Assembly: GCF_964355755.1 (NCBI RefSeq)
Contig: NC_092674.1
Coordinates: 11,842,001 to 11,906,000 of the forward strand
Length of the DNA stretch: 64,000 nt
Source: Antedon mediterranea
Taxonomy: Eukaryota > Animalia > Echinodermata
Direction of reading: 5' to 3'
A program made the translations under genes and the position numbers. The notes beneath the pieces were generated by a model. That model was not told the origin of the DNA, did no database searches, and saw nothing but the letters and a program-made list of their open reading frames with translations. This document shows positions 13,601 to 24,058 of this stretch, one piece after another (within the stretch, counting starts at the first letter, position 1; each line of letters begins with the position of its first letter).

Positions 13601-16600
13601 TAATCAATTTCCTATTTGTTCTGTATTTGAAGAAAAAATAAATATTGATTTGTTTTTTTTTTTTAAATTGCATTTCTTTCTTTTATAAAAACAAAAAAGA
13701 AAAAAAAGCAAAAAATCAAGGAATCAGGCATTCACTTAGTCATCTCACTTTGTAAGTACTCTTAAATTGAGAGGGTGTCACTTACGAAAGCTAGGGTAAA
13801 TTCGTTCCAGAATTGATTTCCAAGACAGGAACAGTAGGTGCATTGGTACTTTAATTTAAGTATCTATATAATTCAAGTTTTTTTTTTCAGATACGTGTGA
13901 AAAAAAAAGTATTTACCTCTATAATAGGTCAAATCAGTTTGACGAAGTAAAGTTGTTCTTGGGGTTTCTGTAGTAAAGGCAGTGCTCGATCGTCTATCGC
14001 CTCAATTAAGAAAAAAAAATAAACATAGCTGCTGAGCAATGTACATATTACATGTATATGGCATGTGGCGCAGTGTTTCGACGTTGAACTATTGATCGTG
14101 AGTTCGAATCCAAAGCTCGTCGCATTGCTTGTGTTCTTCAACAAGATACTTTACTTACGTTTACCTCTCTCCACTCAAATGTACAAATAGATATCTGGTA
14201 TAGGTAAAAATATTATGGGAGTATGTTTCCAGACGTGTTTGATCCACAAATATGACTGGGGTAATAATGAGGCTGTGTGCATTAAAGGCCCTACAATGGT
14301 ATGTTTTCTGATGATAAGGCCTACTATATTTTACAAACAAACTTAAATTTAAGTAAATAAAATTGGCAAACGATAACAAACCAATCAAGATAATACACAA
14401 TTATAAAAGGTACAATACTGAATTGTTAGCCTAATTTAAGTAAAGAGGTATTTAAAAGAAACACAAATTGTGTGTTACCAGGTGATGTTTATTTACACAA
14501 ATGCTATATTTAAAAGTTCAGTTCAACCAGACTTTCTCAGCTTTAATTATGTTTAAGTATGTTTAATTAAAAGTGATTACATATAAAAATACAGGGAAAA
14601 TATGGCAATAGTTTCCAATTTTTTTTTTTTTTTGCTATGGCAATAGTTTCCAAAAAACTGTTTTTAAATTTTTCTAAAAAAAATCGTTCAGAAAATTACA
14701 CCTTTTCAGTAATTTAGGGGTTATTAGTACTTGGCGATTGACGCGTTTTTGTCGCCGGTGAACGCGTTGATGTAAGGATGTCTCCCCATCGGTAAAACGG
14801 GTAAGTTATAATGTGTCTATAATTTGAGGCTATACACACAATTAATGCCATTGTTTAGGCCCAAATAATATTTCAATTGAAAATGTCAGTATAATTTACA
14901 TGTAACATCATGATTTGCACTGTACAACAACAAAATCATAACTAAACTTTAATTCGTCACTTTGACGAATTATAGGTAATAATTTTACCATTTTAATGAA
15001 ATTAGAATTTTTTAAACATGCACGTACGTTAACATACGACATGATGCATATATTCTTATAGTGCTGAGTTGTACCTATTATGTGTCATATATAATATGTA
15101 CAGTATACTGTATATTCATATACAGTGTAGCATAGGTGAAATTACGTGACCCACATCATGTTCTAATGTTTTGTTATGATGACGTTGTCAAAATAAACTT
15201 GAAGATCACACTTTCGAAAGACAAAGAGCAAAAATTTATAAGATTTGGAAGAAAATTTGGCACATAAAATTTGTATAAATTTGACGAAAGAGAGAAGAAA
15301 TCTAATTTTTAACTTCAACTGGCCATTTCATAATGTCACAACATCCGATAGGCTTAATTTTTATATGCATTCACATCTACATTTCATCAGCTTTCATAAT
15401 AAATTATAATCATCAAGGTCACAGTTTATTCTAAAGAGCTGTAAGATAGTCAAAGTTATGGTGTATGTGAAATTACACAACCTATGTTATTCAAGTTTTT
15501 ACGCATGATGACGTCATCAAAATGACAATTTTGACAACTCATGAGAAAGACAATTAATTGAACAATCATATACTAAAGTTTGAGCGAAAATCAGACACAA
15601 AATAACCAAGATGCGCTCTGTTGAATGTGATAACCTATGACGAAAAATAAAAAAACCTAATTTTTAAATTCAAGTGGCCATTTGATGACGTCACAACATT
15701 TTGTACGTCAAATGTGTACATTAATTCATATCTACAACTCAATGGCTCAGTGTCTATTTACGCAGCATTGCGCAATGTATAGGCGATAAAAGCACCAGAA
15801 ATAGAAAGATCCGGAAAAATGACATATTTTAAATTGTATTTATTCCCCAACAAAATCGTACTCATTGAAAAAAAAAATCAAAAATAAAGTTAGTCGATTG
15901 GCCGTTATTTAGATTAACCTCTTAAGCATGTAAAAACACTGGTATAATTAGTTTGTAAAAGCAAACATCTAATAAAAAAACATGAAAATATACTTTATTA
16001 AATGGCAAAATATTCTTTTAAAAGCACCAAGATATGTAGCAAAGGAATCCATACAATCTGATAGGATTCATACAATCTGATAGGATTCATACAATCTGAT
16101 AGGATTCATACAATCTGATAGGATTCATACAATCTGATAGGATTCATACAATCTGATAGGATTCATACAATCTGATAGGATTCATACAATCTGATAGGAT
16201 TCATACAATCTGATAGGATTCATACAATCTGATAGGATTCATACAATCTGATAGGATTCATACAATCTGATAGGATTCATACAATCTTATCCTATCAAAG
16301 GTATACTAAGAGCTATCTTTAAAAACATTAGGAATTGGCTAAACAATAACATATATTTTAAAACTGTGGTATACAAACACACATTTCAACTTAGAATATG
16401 CTAATAATTGGCTAAAGGGGTTTAAAGGTAGTAAAATACTGTAAGAGATAAGATGAATAATAATAATAATAACACTAATAATAACACTAATAATAATAAT
16501 AATAAGCTTTATTTAATCACGGATACTTAACTCAACTAAAAGTTGTTTTTTTAGTAAGATTGATTGATTGAATTTATTTGGTTCATACATAAATACATTA

Positions 16601-17011
16601 TAAAAAAGACGATAAACAGTACATCAAATTCAAAAGACAACACCAGAAAAGTACAACAAAACAGAAGGCTCAATGGAAAAAAAAATTGGTTTTGAGAATG
16701 CTAAAAGTAAACCGTTACTAAGTAATTATATTATTTAAGGTATACAAATAAACCAAAATTATTGGACAATAATGGCATCACTATAATAAAATGTCTAGGT
16801 ATGAATAGTATTTGGTTCATGATAATGACCTACGTAAATTTGGTATGAGAGGCTAACCATCACCGATACGTTTAGTTTGCAGGTCAAACATTTTTTGTTA
16901 TACTCTAAAACTACCCCATATTATCAAACTACATGTAAACTTACCAGCAGCAAAATATAAAGCACAGCACTGCAACATTGCGCACTTCCACGCTGACATT
17001 AGCATTGTCAT
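254..17011 (-). CDS. Adhesion GPCR copy A (signal peptide, 2x WSC, GAIN/GPS, 7TM), 20 coding exons, about 784 aa
   Basis: Hand-spliced GT-AG exons with consistent phases, 5' to 3': 17011-16945, 14000-13917, 13392-13126, 8957-8916, 8578-8315, 8076-7940, 7355-7250, 6620-6516, 5425-5341, 4988-4862, 4662-4607, 4427-4316, 4099-3996, 3808-3706, 3273-3056, 2826-2766, 2532-2429, 1260-1092, 926-855, 325-254. Total 2355 nt, open frame. Motifs: GPS WSTRGC...CFCSHL/TSFSVLM, TM2 IHINL, TM3 LHY...WML, ECL2 CWL, TM6 LPILGVTW, TM7 LNSLQGIFLF. Confidence 0.88.
378..630 (-). mobile_element. Deu/Nin-domain SINE fragment (copy at about 46088-46335)
   Basis: Minus strand reads ...GGAGGCCCAGTG...TTAAAGAAACCAG...GAAAGAGTAGGGGGTTACCCCGGTGTACTGG, resembling the Deu/Nin core. 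Confidence 0.6.
855..926 (-). CDS. aGPCR copy A helix-8/C-tail exon (IIDPLMKLIAKHTPGKNRVNISNQ)
   Basis: 72 nt, phase 0-0, tttag acceptor and gtaaa donor. Confidence 0.8.
1092..1260 (-). CDS. aGPCR copy A TM6-TM7 exon
   Basis: NAVRGSFVLLPILGVTWIIGVL...YLFNILNSLQGIFLFVVCCLLDNQ, which carries the class B2 TM6/TM7 motifs. Confidence 0.93.
1514..2355 (+). mobile_element. HINE/DINE-1-like non-autonomous Helentron
   Basis: Subterminal IR AGTCGCGTG / CACGCGACT, (GTCT/GTCG)n microsatellites at both ends, inserted in a T-tract with no TSD. Empty site in copy B near 47215; second copy at 34086-34903. Confidence 0.85.
2429..2532 (-). CDS. aGPCR copy A TM5/ICL3 exon
   Basis: INILVLGKMVHVIYKRSGSIVTKPPKKQNEYKQLR; 104 nt, phases match both neighbours. 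Confidence 0.88.
2766..2826 (-). CDS. aGPCR copy A ECL2 (CWL)/TM5 exon
   Basis: CWLKVSCRLVVVIPACLIIG; 61 nt. Confidence 0.88.
3056..3273 (-). CDS. aGPCR copy A TM3-TM4 exon
   Basis: VLCKTVSILLHYLVLCMFMWMLAEAIFL...; lies within ORF 3010..3273. Confidence 0.93.
3706..3808 (-). CDS. aGPCR copy A TM2 exon
   Basis: NKLNMRYKIHINLIICTLGVDILFLSVLNQINRK. Confidence 0.9.
3996..4099 (-). CDS. aGPCR copy A TM1 exon
   Basis: LRKDDEVINTWITIVGLSLSIVTLSINLLIYLLLR. Confidence 0.9.
4316..4427 (-). CDS. aGPCR copy A GPS exon (autoproteolysis site HL/T and Stachel)
   Basis: KWSTRGCHVRNVTERFVRCFCSHL|TSFSVLMQISKNE matches the GPS consensus. Confidence 0.95.
4607..8076 (-). CDS. aGPCR copy A GAIN-region exons (4607-4662, 4862-4988, 5341-5425, 6516-6620, 7250-7355, 7940-8076)
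   Basis: Six small open exons with matching phases, conserved in copy B. They include VQIP, LVSGVLSISI and CVFF before the GPS. Confidence 0.75.
5679..6284. repeat. Intronic minisatellite, about 121 bp x5
   Basis: Units start tacgtaagcaggttgagatg at about 5680, 5801, 5922, 6043 and 6163. Confidence 0.95.
8315..8578 (-). CDS. WSC domain exon, type 1 (copy A)
   Basis: YVGCY...MDIDTCVEYC...YASL..GDECIC...C...CPG...ETCGG...LQVHRT; 264 nt, phase 1-1. Confidence 0.92.
8916..8957 (-). CDS. 42-nt Ser/Thr linker exon (GLVESSTSLSIPYR)
   Basis: ttacag acceptor and gtaac donor, phase 1-1. Three copies in the window, all open. Confidence 0.65.
9452..10269 (-). mobile_element. Probable solo LTR (Gypsy-like); copy at 54475-55292
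   Basis: TGTCAC...GTTACA termini, near-TSD CTAT/CAAT, minus-strand TATAAAAA at about 9716-9723, and TTCTAGAATGTTC-type repeats. Confidence 0.55.
10995..11260 (+). mobile_element. Degenerate tRNA-headed Nin/Deu-type SINE (copy at about 56020-56290)
   Basis: B-box-like TTCGAATCCC followed by GAGATATTAAGCCGTTGGTC...TTCGAAAAGAGTTGGGG. Confidence 0.4.
12120..12322 (+). mobile_element. tRNA-derived SINE (copy at about 57147-57348)
   Basis: A-box TGGCGCAGTGTGG, B-box GGTTTGAATCC, TATCCTTAGGCAA, and a (TAT)n tail. Confidence 0.7.
12323..12414 (-). mobile_element. Short HINE-related element (copy at about 57350-57441)
   Basis: Reverse strand TTTTAGTTGCGACTCTACAGTTCACTATGTTGGTCGG matches the 5' end of 1514-2355. 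Confidence 0.55.
12738..13621. repeat. Inverted repeat pair (12738-12946 and 13456-13621) flanking the WSC2 exon
   Basis: The reverse complement of the left arm aligns with the right arm, e.g. AACACCAGTATCTTCGGGACGGAGAG. Also present at 57760-57966 / 58476-58640. Confidence 0.9.
13126..13392 (-). CDS. WSC domain exon, type 2 (copy A)
   Basis: YVGCY...MDIYMCVYYC...YASLYYGFICIC...DCNKQCSGKATETCGG; 267 nt, phase 1-1. Confidence 0.92.
13917..14000 (-). CDS. 84-nt Thr-rich linker exon (GDRRSSTAFTTETPRTTLLRQTDLTYYR)
   Basis: Phase 1-1 with gtaaa donor. The acceptor is GAG here but CAG in the paralog at 62205-62288. Confidence 0.55.
14060..14215 (+). mobile_element. tRNA-derived SINE fragment (copies at about 59078-59230 and 62342-62495)
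   Basis: TGGCGCAGTG A-box, GTTCGAATCC B-box and CTCTCTCCACTCAAATGTACAAAT central block. Confidence 0.65.
15135..15745. repeat. Diverged direct duplication (about 340 bp period), probably inside a DNA transposon; copy at 63415-64000
   Basis: gtgaaattac...gatgacgt...caaaat...ttcaa.tggccattt...atctaca occurs twice. Confidence 0.5.
16043..16288. repeat. 19-bp minisatellite (GATAGGATTCATACAATCT) x~13
   Basis: Near-perfect tandem units about 660 bp into intron 1. Confidence 0.97.
16945..17011 (-). CDS. First coding exon, signal-peptide-like (MTMLMSAWKCAMLQCCALYFAAG)
   Basis: ATG, hydrophobic stretch and strong G|gtaagt donor in phase 1. Homologous to 39464-39509. Confidence 0.72.
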
Positions 17012-17205
17012 CGCACTGAAGAGAAAACTGTCTTAATGCAAAGACATAATCAGATAAACAATGCAAAATGAGACCAACTGAATTATGTTGCCACACTCAA
17101 GCAAAATGTTACTATGATAAATGTTAATATAACAAGTTGAAGATGCTGAAGCTCAATAACTTCCATTCTGTGCATGTGCGAAAGCTTCATTGAATTGCCA
17201 CAATA

Positions 17206-18740
17206 TCTATATATAAATTTACGTAAGGGCAAAATTCGGTAAATCGCGCCTTACTTCTAGAATGTTTACTCGATGGTATATAAAGTTGGTTCGTACTTTC
17301 GATACTGATTTTAACCACCTGATGTTACCCTGTTTACTAATTAAAATGGAGTTCGATAATTAGTTATTGACGATTAAAACGAATTTAGGTTCAACGATTT
17401 GCCCCAAATAGGGGTGTTTTCCGATCGTGGTATACACTGTCCAATGCATGTCTATCTTGAAAAATACCCGCATACAATAATACGAGGATGCTTCGCATTT
17501 TCCTATCTCCTCCTACGATAATTGTTTTTAATGGATGAAAACCGGTTGAACAGCTCGAGTACAGCATCATAATGTTGAAGACAGACCTATTTTCTTAAAA
17601 ACATACTATTTTGATAGATTTAATATACATTTATACAAATATATTGATTTCCGATGAATGGAACATTCCAATAATAACTCTTTGCTTTAACACAAGTACC
17701 ACCAGCTGTAGGTAAATTTATTGGCCCTTGGGGAATTAACCTAAAACGTATATATAGATATAGTATTGCAATAAATACGTATTAACATTTGTGGTCGCCA
17801 TTATTGAATTTACTGTGAGTGTGGGTACTGTTAGATGTATAACACAATCATGTACAAATAAACGTATTACTGTGAGTGTAGGCCCTACTGTTATATAGAA
17901 CGTACAATATACAAATAAACTGTAGTACTGACAGTTGCTTCTCAACGTTTGTATTAATTAATCATTACAAAGAATATAAACGTTGTAGTGGTACGTGTAT
18001 CGTTACATGTACTACCGTATTCTATTTCAATCGACTATGACAGTGACAGTTTTAACAATAAAATATTAAGTCGCAAATGTGTTACTGTATCAAGTGGTAT
18101 ATTATTTATAGGCCTGTGAGTAGGCCCTACTGTTATACAAAACGTACAATATACAAATAAACTGTACTACTGACAGTTGCTTCTCAACGTTTGTATTATT
18201 ATTAATCACAAAGAATATAAACGTTGTAGTGGTACGTGTATCGTTACATGTACATGCTATTTCAATGGACTATAACAGTGACAGTTTTAACAAAGTATTA
18301 AATCGCAAATGTGTTACTGTATCAAGTGGTATATTATTTATAGGCCTATCAAACATGAAAAACATATTTCGTTACTGAGTAGATAAAGAATATATTAAAA
18401 CATTGTTCTTCTTTGTACCCATATCCTTTTCCCCATCCCTCAACCCTAATGTTACACACAAAACACAAATTGGGTTTGTTTAAATGAGTCCAAATAACAA
18501 ATGTGGACTCATTTTGTGACAAGTTTCTCTTTCGGAAGTAATTCCCAGTGTGCTAATTTCAGTTTAATACATAAATCATCGTGTCTATTTATTCGTTTCT
18601 GTAAACAATAATAACTATTATCATCCTGCAGTACGTACATTAAAAAAAAACATTTTTTTACGCTGAAATTACTGTGTATTCGAGAACCATCTGTGGGCAC
18701 GACCTAGATGGTACGCGAGCGAAGCGAGCGTATCATCTAG
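17206..18740 (+). mobile_element. Non-autonomous Helitron
   Basis: 5'-TC, 3'-CTAG, A|T insertion site, terminal hairpin CTAGATGGTACGC-GAGCGAAGCGA-GCGTATCATCTAG, internal ~240-bp duplication (17872-18347). Sister copy at 24059-24885. Confidence 0.85.
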
Positions 18741-19458
18741 TTTTTAACAATTTAACAACAAAAAAAGATTTCTGGATTTGTATTATCCTGTATAAATATA
18801 CTTATTATTGTAATTAACGTTTCACATTTTTAGTAACGGTACCTCATACTAATAATGAGGTAAAACTTAATGATTATAAACCCTTAAATACATTTTGAAA
18901 CACTTTGTTTCTCATTAATTTTCCTAGTAGTCCAGTTTTAATTTAAGACCTAAAACCAAATTGGTTCGTTTTTTAGTATTCAAAGTTCATGTATACCTCG
19001 CTTTGTTATATTTGGATCGATACATTTTTATGATAGTCTAAACTCTAAATTAGGCAGAAGGAGTAGATCATTAATAAAACGTTAACAATATGTATCCTTT
19101 TTAATTAAAGGAATTATTTTGTTATGTTTACCGCTGCCTAACAACAGTACGAGATAATAGTAGGCCTATAATACATACTGCTGATTCGTTTGCATAGATC
19201 GGGCGGTGATTGCTCTTTAATGGATTACTAGACGAACTTTCGTTTTCACGCCACGTCAGTAAAGAATAAAACATCCTATCCATTAAAACCTTATTCTGCG
19301 TACACTCGGTAATATTTGATAATTTGCAGAATATAGTTAGACTCAAGTTTAATTATTTAGTCCGTTTTCTTTGTATTCTTAGTATAAAAACCTCCAACAT
19401 ATTAAACTTAATCTAACCGTAACTACTAAAGCATGTTTCATGGATATACATGCCAGCC

Positions 19459-20401
19459 TAGTCTGGGTTCCAGACGGAGTTTTGTCTTAATATTAGTAAA
19501 AAGATAAATATTTTGGCACATATGGCGTTTCATACGTATACTACTTGATTTTGGATACTCCGTCTGGGGAAACACGCACAAGTCACGTGGTTTGACACCA
19601 AGAATTCTTGGTGCATACGATTATCCGGTTGACTAGTTTCAGCTGCATGCGATTGGCTACTCACTCGTACACCGTTTTAATATTCATATTTCAGAAGTTC
19701 AAAGATTCAACAACTAAGATGGTGCGCATGCGCTATGTTACGTTTAGACAACGTGTACTTGGTACATTGATGAAAGTTTCTGAAGGCTAGAAATGATTTT
19801 ATATGCCTAGTAGTTTGGTAAACATTTGATGGGATTTTTCCCAAGAACATGAAAACTCGTCTTGATAAGATAGGCTGCTTCTCCGCAAATCAAACATTGA
19901 ATGGATCATTTATTACGCGGAGATAATTTGATTTAATTCCCACCCAGACCCTGTCCTGTTCTGTGTAGTGTGTGGTGTAGCTTTGTTGTGTGCCGGTGGC
20001 ATGTAGGCCTACTTTATTGGCGTTTTATTTGGCAGGTCATACGTGCGAGTTGAGTAGGACCTACGAAAGAGGTCTAGGCCAATGACTAAACAATTAATAA
20101 AAAAACAACTTGGCAACACGATTTTATCAACAGTCTCGTCTCGTACATTCAGCACTGTACGTACTCGATCTTTTTCATTTTGAAACAAGATGATCATTGG
20201 TTGATTCGAAATCCATATTTACATACCGCCCGCCCCATATAGCCAAATACGGTATGATCACCTACGTCATTCTTATCGGACGTTTGCGGTCTACAAATCG
20301 ATTTCTATACGCGTTTCACAAGTCTGTATTTTCAGACAAAAATCGCGGTCGCAATAAAAACAAATAAATAAAAAAGAAAATACAGACTTGGGGCAAGTCT
20401 A
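19459..20401. mobile_element. Non-autonomous DNA transposon, AcademH-like
   Basis: TAG...CTA termini, perfect 9-bp TSD ATGCCAGCC (19450-19458 and 20402-20410), and subterminal hairpins at both ends. Confidence 0.75.
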
Positions 20402-20451
20402 ATGCCAGCCCATCTAAGATGTGAACCTCCATAATGCCTGTTACATATCAT

Positions 20452-20563
20452 ATCTTTCAAATATGTTACACTTGTGATGTGATCCTGATATAAGTTTATG
20501 TAGAGTAATCTTTCAAATATGTTACACTTGTGATGTGATCCTGATATAAGTTTATGTAGAGTA
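20452..20563. repeat. 56-bp tandem duplication x2
   Basis: atctttcaaatatgttacacttgtgatgtgatcctgatataagtttatgtagagta occurs twice. Confidence 0.9.
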
Positions 20564-20718
20564 ACATAGACTACTTTAGCGGATGGTAATCATATTATAC
20601 TTAATAGTAGGCCAATGATCATTTAAAAATGGATACCACTTAAATTTAATATTGTTATTGATTTATGTGAAAATCGCACTGAAGTCATCATCAGAATAAA
20701 TACGTACATTTCCCTTAC

Positions 20719-20990
20719 CTATACCGGTACTGTATACTTGTAACGCATCCTCTCCCCCACACGTTTCAGTTGCTTTCCCTGAACACTGGACGCTACAATT
20801 GGTGTTGTATACCTTATTCATTGATATGAACCTACATCATTTAAACAGTCGTAGAAAAAAATAAAAAACAGTGAGGCATATGACAGAATATTTTGATAGC
20901 AGTATCCAATGCACGTGTCGATATCCATCTGATCTTTGCGTATTAGATATTCAGTAAGATTTAACAAATCATAGCACCCTACATAATCCT
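20719..20990 (-). pseudogene. Frameshifted WSC exon, type 3
   Basis: Intact AG and GT ends but 272 nt long. A 5-nt insertion (GGT TCATA TCA ATG) shifts the frame before NKVYNTNCSVQCSGKATETCGG, and one Cys is lost (FFIFFYDC). Confidence 0.85.
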
Positions 20991-21571
20991 CTAGAAATAT
21001 GATAGATAATGGTTTGTGAAAATACATAAAGATAATCATAAACGATAGAAGAGCCAAGTGACACGTTTGAACGATGAACCTATCTATTATTTTGCTGAAA
21101 AATGTATACACATCAAAGATCAAATAATAATCAAGAATTGGGTTGGAAACACAATTCTATTTTGAGAACGGAGAGGGCGGGTTTTCGAGCTCTTTGATCA
21201 AGCATCCTCTCTGTTAACACGATCACATTAAGTTGAAGACAATTTTCCTTATTTTCCATCACCGATTTCCATCCTAACACAGCAACATTTTTACAAGTAA
21301 GTTTTCTAACAATTCGGCACCTTATGCGATGCTACTCATACTTCCACGACTGCAAATACTACAGCCCTTTCCTTTATGGAAAGTCTACCTACATATATGT
21401 ACTGTATGTGTGGTAACGTGAGTGTGTTTTAAGGTGTGTCCAGGCTACTGGTGTGATTCCAGTTTACACGAGGGCCAACTGTTCGGCCGCCATTGTGATT
21501 TACCACATGTTTTTTCCGACTTTATACGTATATATATATATATATATTTCTGTTTACTTTTATATGTTGTC

Positions 21572-22690
21572 CTCTCGTAGGAAAATGTTAACGACACAAA
21601 CATTACCCACACATATTATACTCTTATATTATACTGTAATCCCTGTATGTCGTGCGATTAACGACTCGGACACGAATTTTATAGGTCGTGCGATAACAAC
21701 TCGCACATTTACTTTCGCCTTAGCCGAAGACAAGGCCCATATATAAATCCTCTTGTAGGAAGATATTAACGACACAGACATTACCTGCACATATACTTTT
21801 ATAATATTTCGTGCGATGAACGACTCGCACATGAATTTTATATGTCGTGCGATAACGACTCCCACATTTACTTTCGCCTTAGTCGAAGACAAGGCCCATA
21901 CATAAATCCTCTTGTAGGAAGATATTAACGACACAGACATTACCTGCACATATACTTTTATAATATGTCGTGCGATGAACGACTCGCACATGAATTTTAT
22001 ATGTCGTGCGATAACGACCCGCACATGAATTTTATATGTCGTGCGATAACGACTCGCACATGAATTTTATATGTCGTGCGATAAGACTCGCACATGATAT
22101 GTCGTGCGATAACGACTCGCACATGAATGTTATATGTCGTGCGATAACGACTCGCACATGAATGTTTATATGTCGTGCGATAAAGACTCGCACATGAATT
22201 TTATATGTCGTGCGATAACGACTCGCACATGAATTGTATATGTCGTGCGATAACGACTCGCACATGAATTTTATATGTCGTGCGATAACGACTCGCACAT
22301 GAATTTTATATGTCGTGCGATAACGACTCGCACATGAATTTTATATGTCGTGCGATAACGACTCGCACATGAATTTTATATGTCGTGCGATAACGACTCG
22401 CACATGAATGTTTATATGTCGTGCGATAACGACTCGCACATGAATGTTTATATGTCGTGCGATAAAGACTCGCACATGAATTTTATATGTCGTGCGATAA
22501 CGACTCGCACATGAATTTTATATGTCGTGCGATAACGACTCGCACATGAATTTTATATGTCGTGCGATTACGACTCGCATATTTACTTTCGCCTTAGTCA
22601 ACGACAAGGCCCATACATAAACGATAACGACTCGCACATTACAAGGCCCATACATAAATCCTCTCGTAGGAAGATATTAACGACACAAAC
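21572..22690. repeat. Compound satellite: 159-bp units plus a 35-bp subunit array (ATGTCGTGCGATAACGACTCGCACATGAATTTTAT)
   Basis: 159-bp period at 21750 and 21909; 35-bp array at about 21965-22580. Confidence 0.95.
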
Positions 22691-23394
22691 ATTTTTTAAC
22701 AGACAGGCACTATAGTAATCGCAAACCACATTACACATTGGTATGGTATGTCGAGCGATAACAGACTAGCATTTTTTACCTTAGTATCAGATATTACTTC
22801 GAGTATCCATTTTTCCTTACGGTGTGATATATTTTACTGGGACACTGTTTATTTCCTTTATATATACACAGTATTTTAGGTCAAAGTGACGAGTTAAATT
22901 CTAGTTTTAATAATATACATTATTTTATATATTTTTTTAAAATATATACACACTTCTACTTCTAAGTAAAATATAAAAGCTAACTTTCTATATTAACGTC
23001 TACAAACGACTATGCCTAGTAATTACACAAACAAACAAACGTTTAACCTTTCCATATGTTTGGTCAAGTGAAGTTTTGAATTCAGCCTAGCTCCATTGTA
23101 CATAATATGTATAATACCTATAATAATTATATCGTACGGCAATACACACTACGTTTTGGGGTATTAACATTTTGTTGTATTGTATTCTTACATCGATTTC
23201 TGATAGGGGTTCATTGGCCAAACGGACAGCACGTAAGACAACCATAAATTGTACCAACTTAGTTTTTTTTCAACTGTTATTGATTGATGTAAATACATCT
23301 TCTATAAAACTTTTGCAAAAAAAAAAATCAAAAAAAAAAATCATAAAATATGGTTTTATCATAATACATAATGCAAATAGGTAATATTTGAATG

Positions 23395-23920
23395 TAATAT
23401 AATACACAAAAATCTAACATAGCTCTTTAATTATTAATCACATTATGCACATTTTTTCACCAGTTAATTGTATAATATAAATACATCATTTTCCTTCAAA
23501 ACATTATTAAAAAATATGTTTTTGTTAACATGTTGTTAACGTGTAAATAAAAAAAAAAAAAAAATTGTCGTTTTATCGCAAAAATACATACAAATCAAAG
23601 ATAGTTCTCTAATTATGAATCACATAATGCCCATTTTTTGTTTTCACTATTTAATTGTATACTATAAATACACAATTTTTAATAAAACACGAAAAATATG
23701 TTTTTGTTGTTATCATGGAAACGTGTAACAAAATAAAAATATGTTGGTTAATCGCAAAATTACACAAAATCTAACATAGCTCTTAATTATAAATCACATC
23801 ATGCCCATTGTTTCACCAGTTAATTTTATAATATAAATACACAATTTTAAATCAAATGTTTATTAAAAATATGTTTTTGATGCCATAGAAATATGTAATA
23901 AATAAAAATATGTTGAAACG
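23395..23920. repeat. Diverged ~180-bp tandem repeat x3
   Basis: tacacaaaatctaacatagctct...aatcacat.atg at 23403, 23585 and 23761. Confidence 0.8.
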
Positions 23921-24058
23921 TAAACATTATTTGCACGATCAATTTTCTTTTTCAAACTGTCGGAATTACATGTGTTCATTGAAGAATCTGATTCTGATAA
24001 TTTTCTTTCATATTTTCTTCCATTACTGTATAGATTAAATACCTGTTGATCAAAATAA

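Larger units (their letters stand above)
1..14534. repeat. Segmental (tandem) duplication, matching 45731-59545
   Basis: Exons, introns and TEs are colinear and near-identical. 13855-15750 also matches 62146-64000. Confidence 0.97.

Noticed and set aside
21130-21420. Possible Tc1/mariner transposase N-terminus on the minus strand
   Set aside because: Too degraded; no TIR pair or catalytic motif could be confirmed.
21965-22580. 35-bp palindromic repeats resembling a CRISPR array
   Set aside because: Units are head-to-tail with no unique spacers, there are no cas genes, and the context is eukaryotic.
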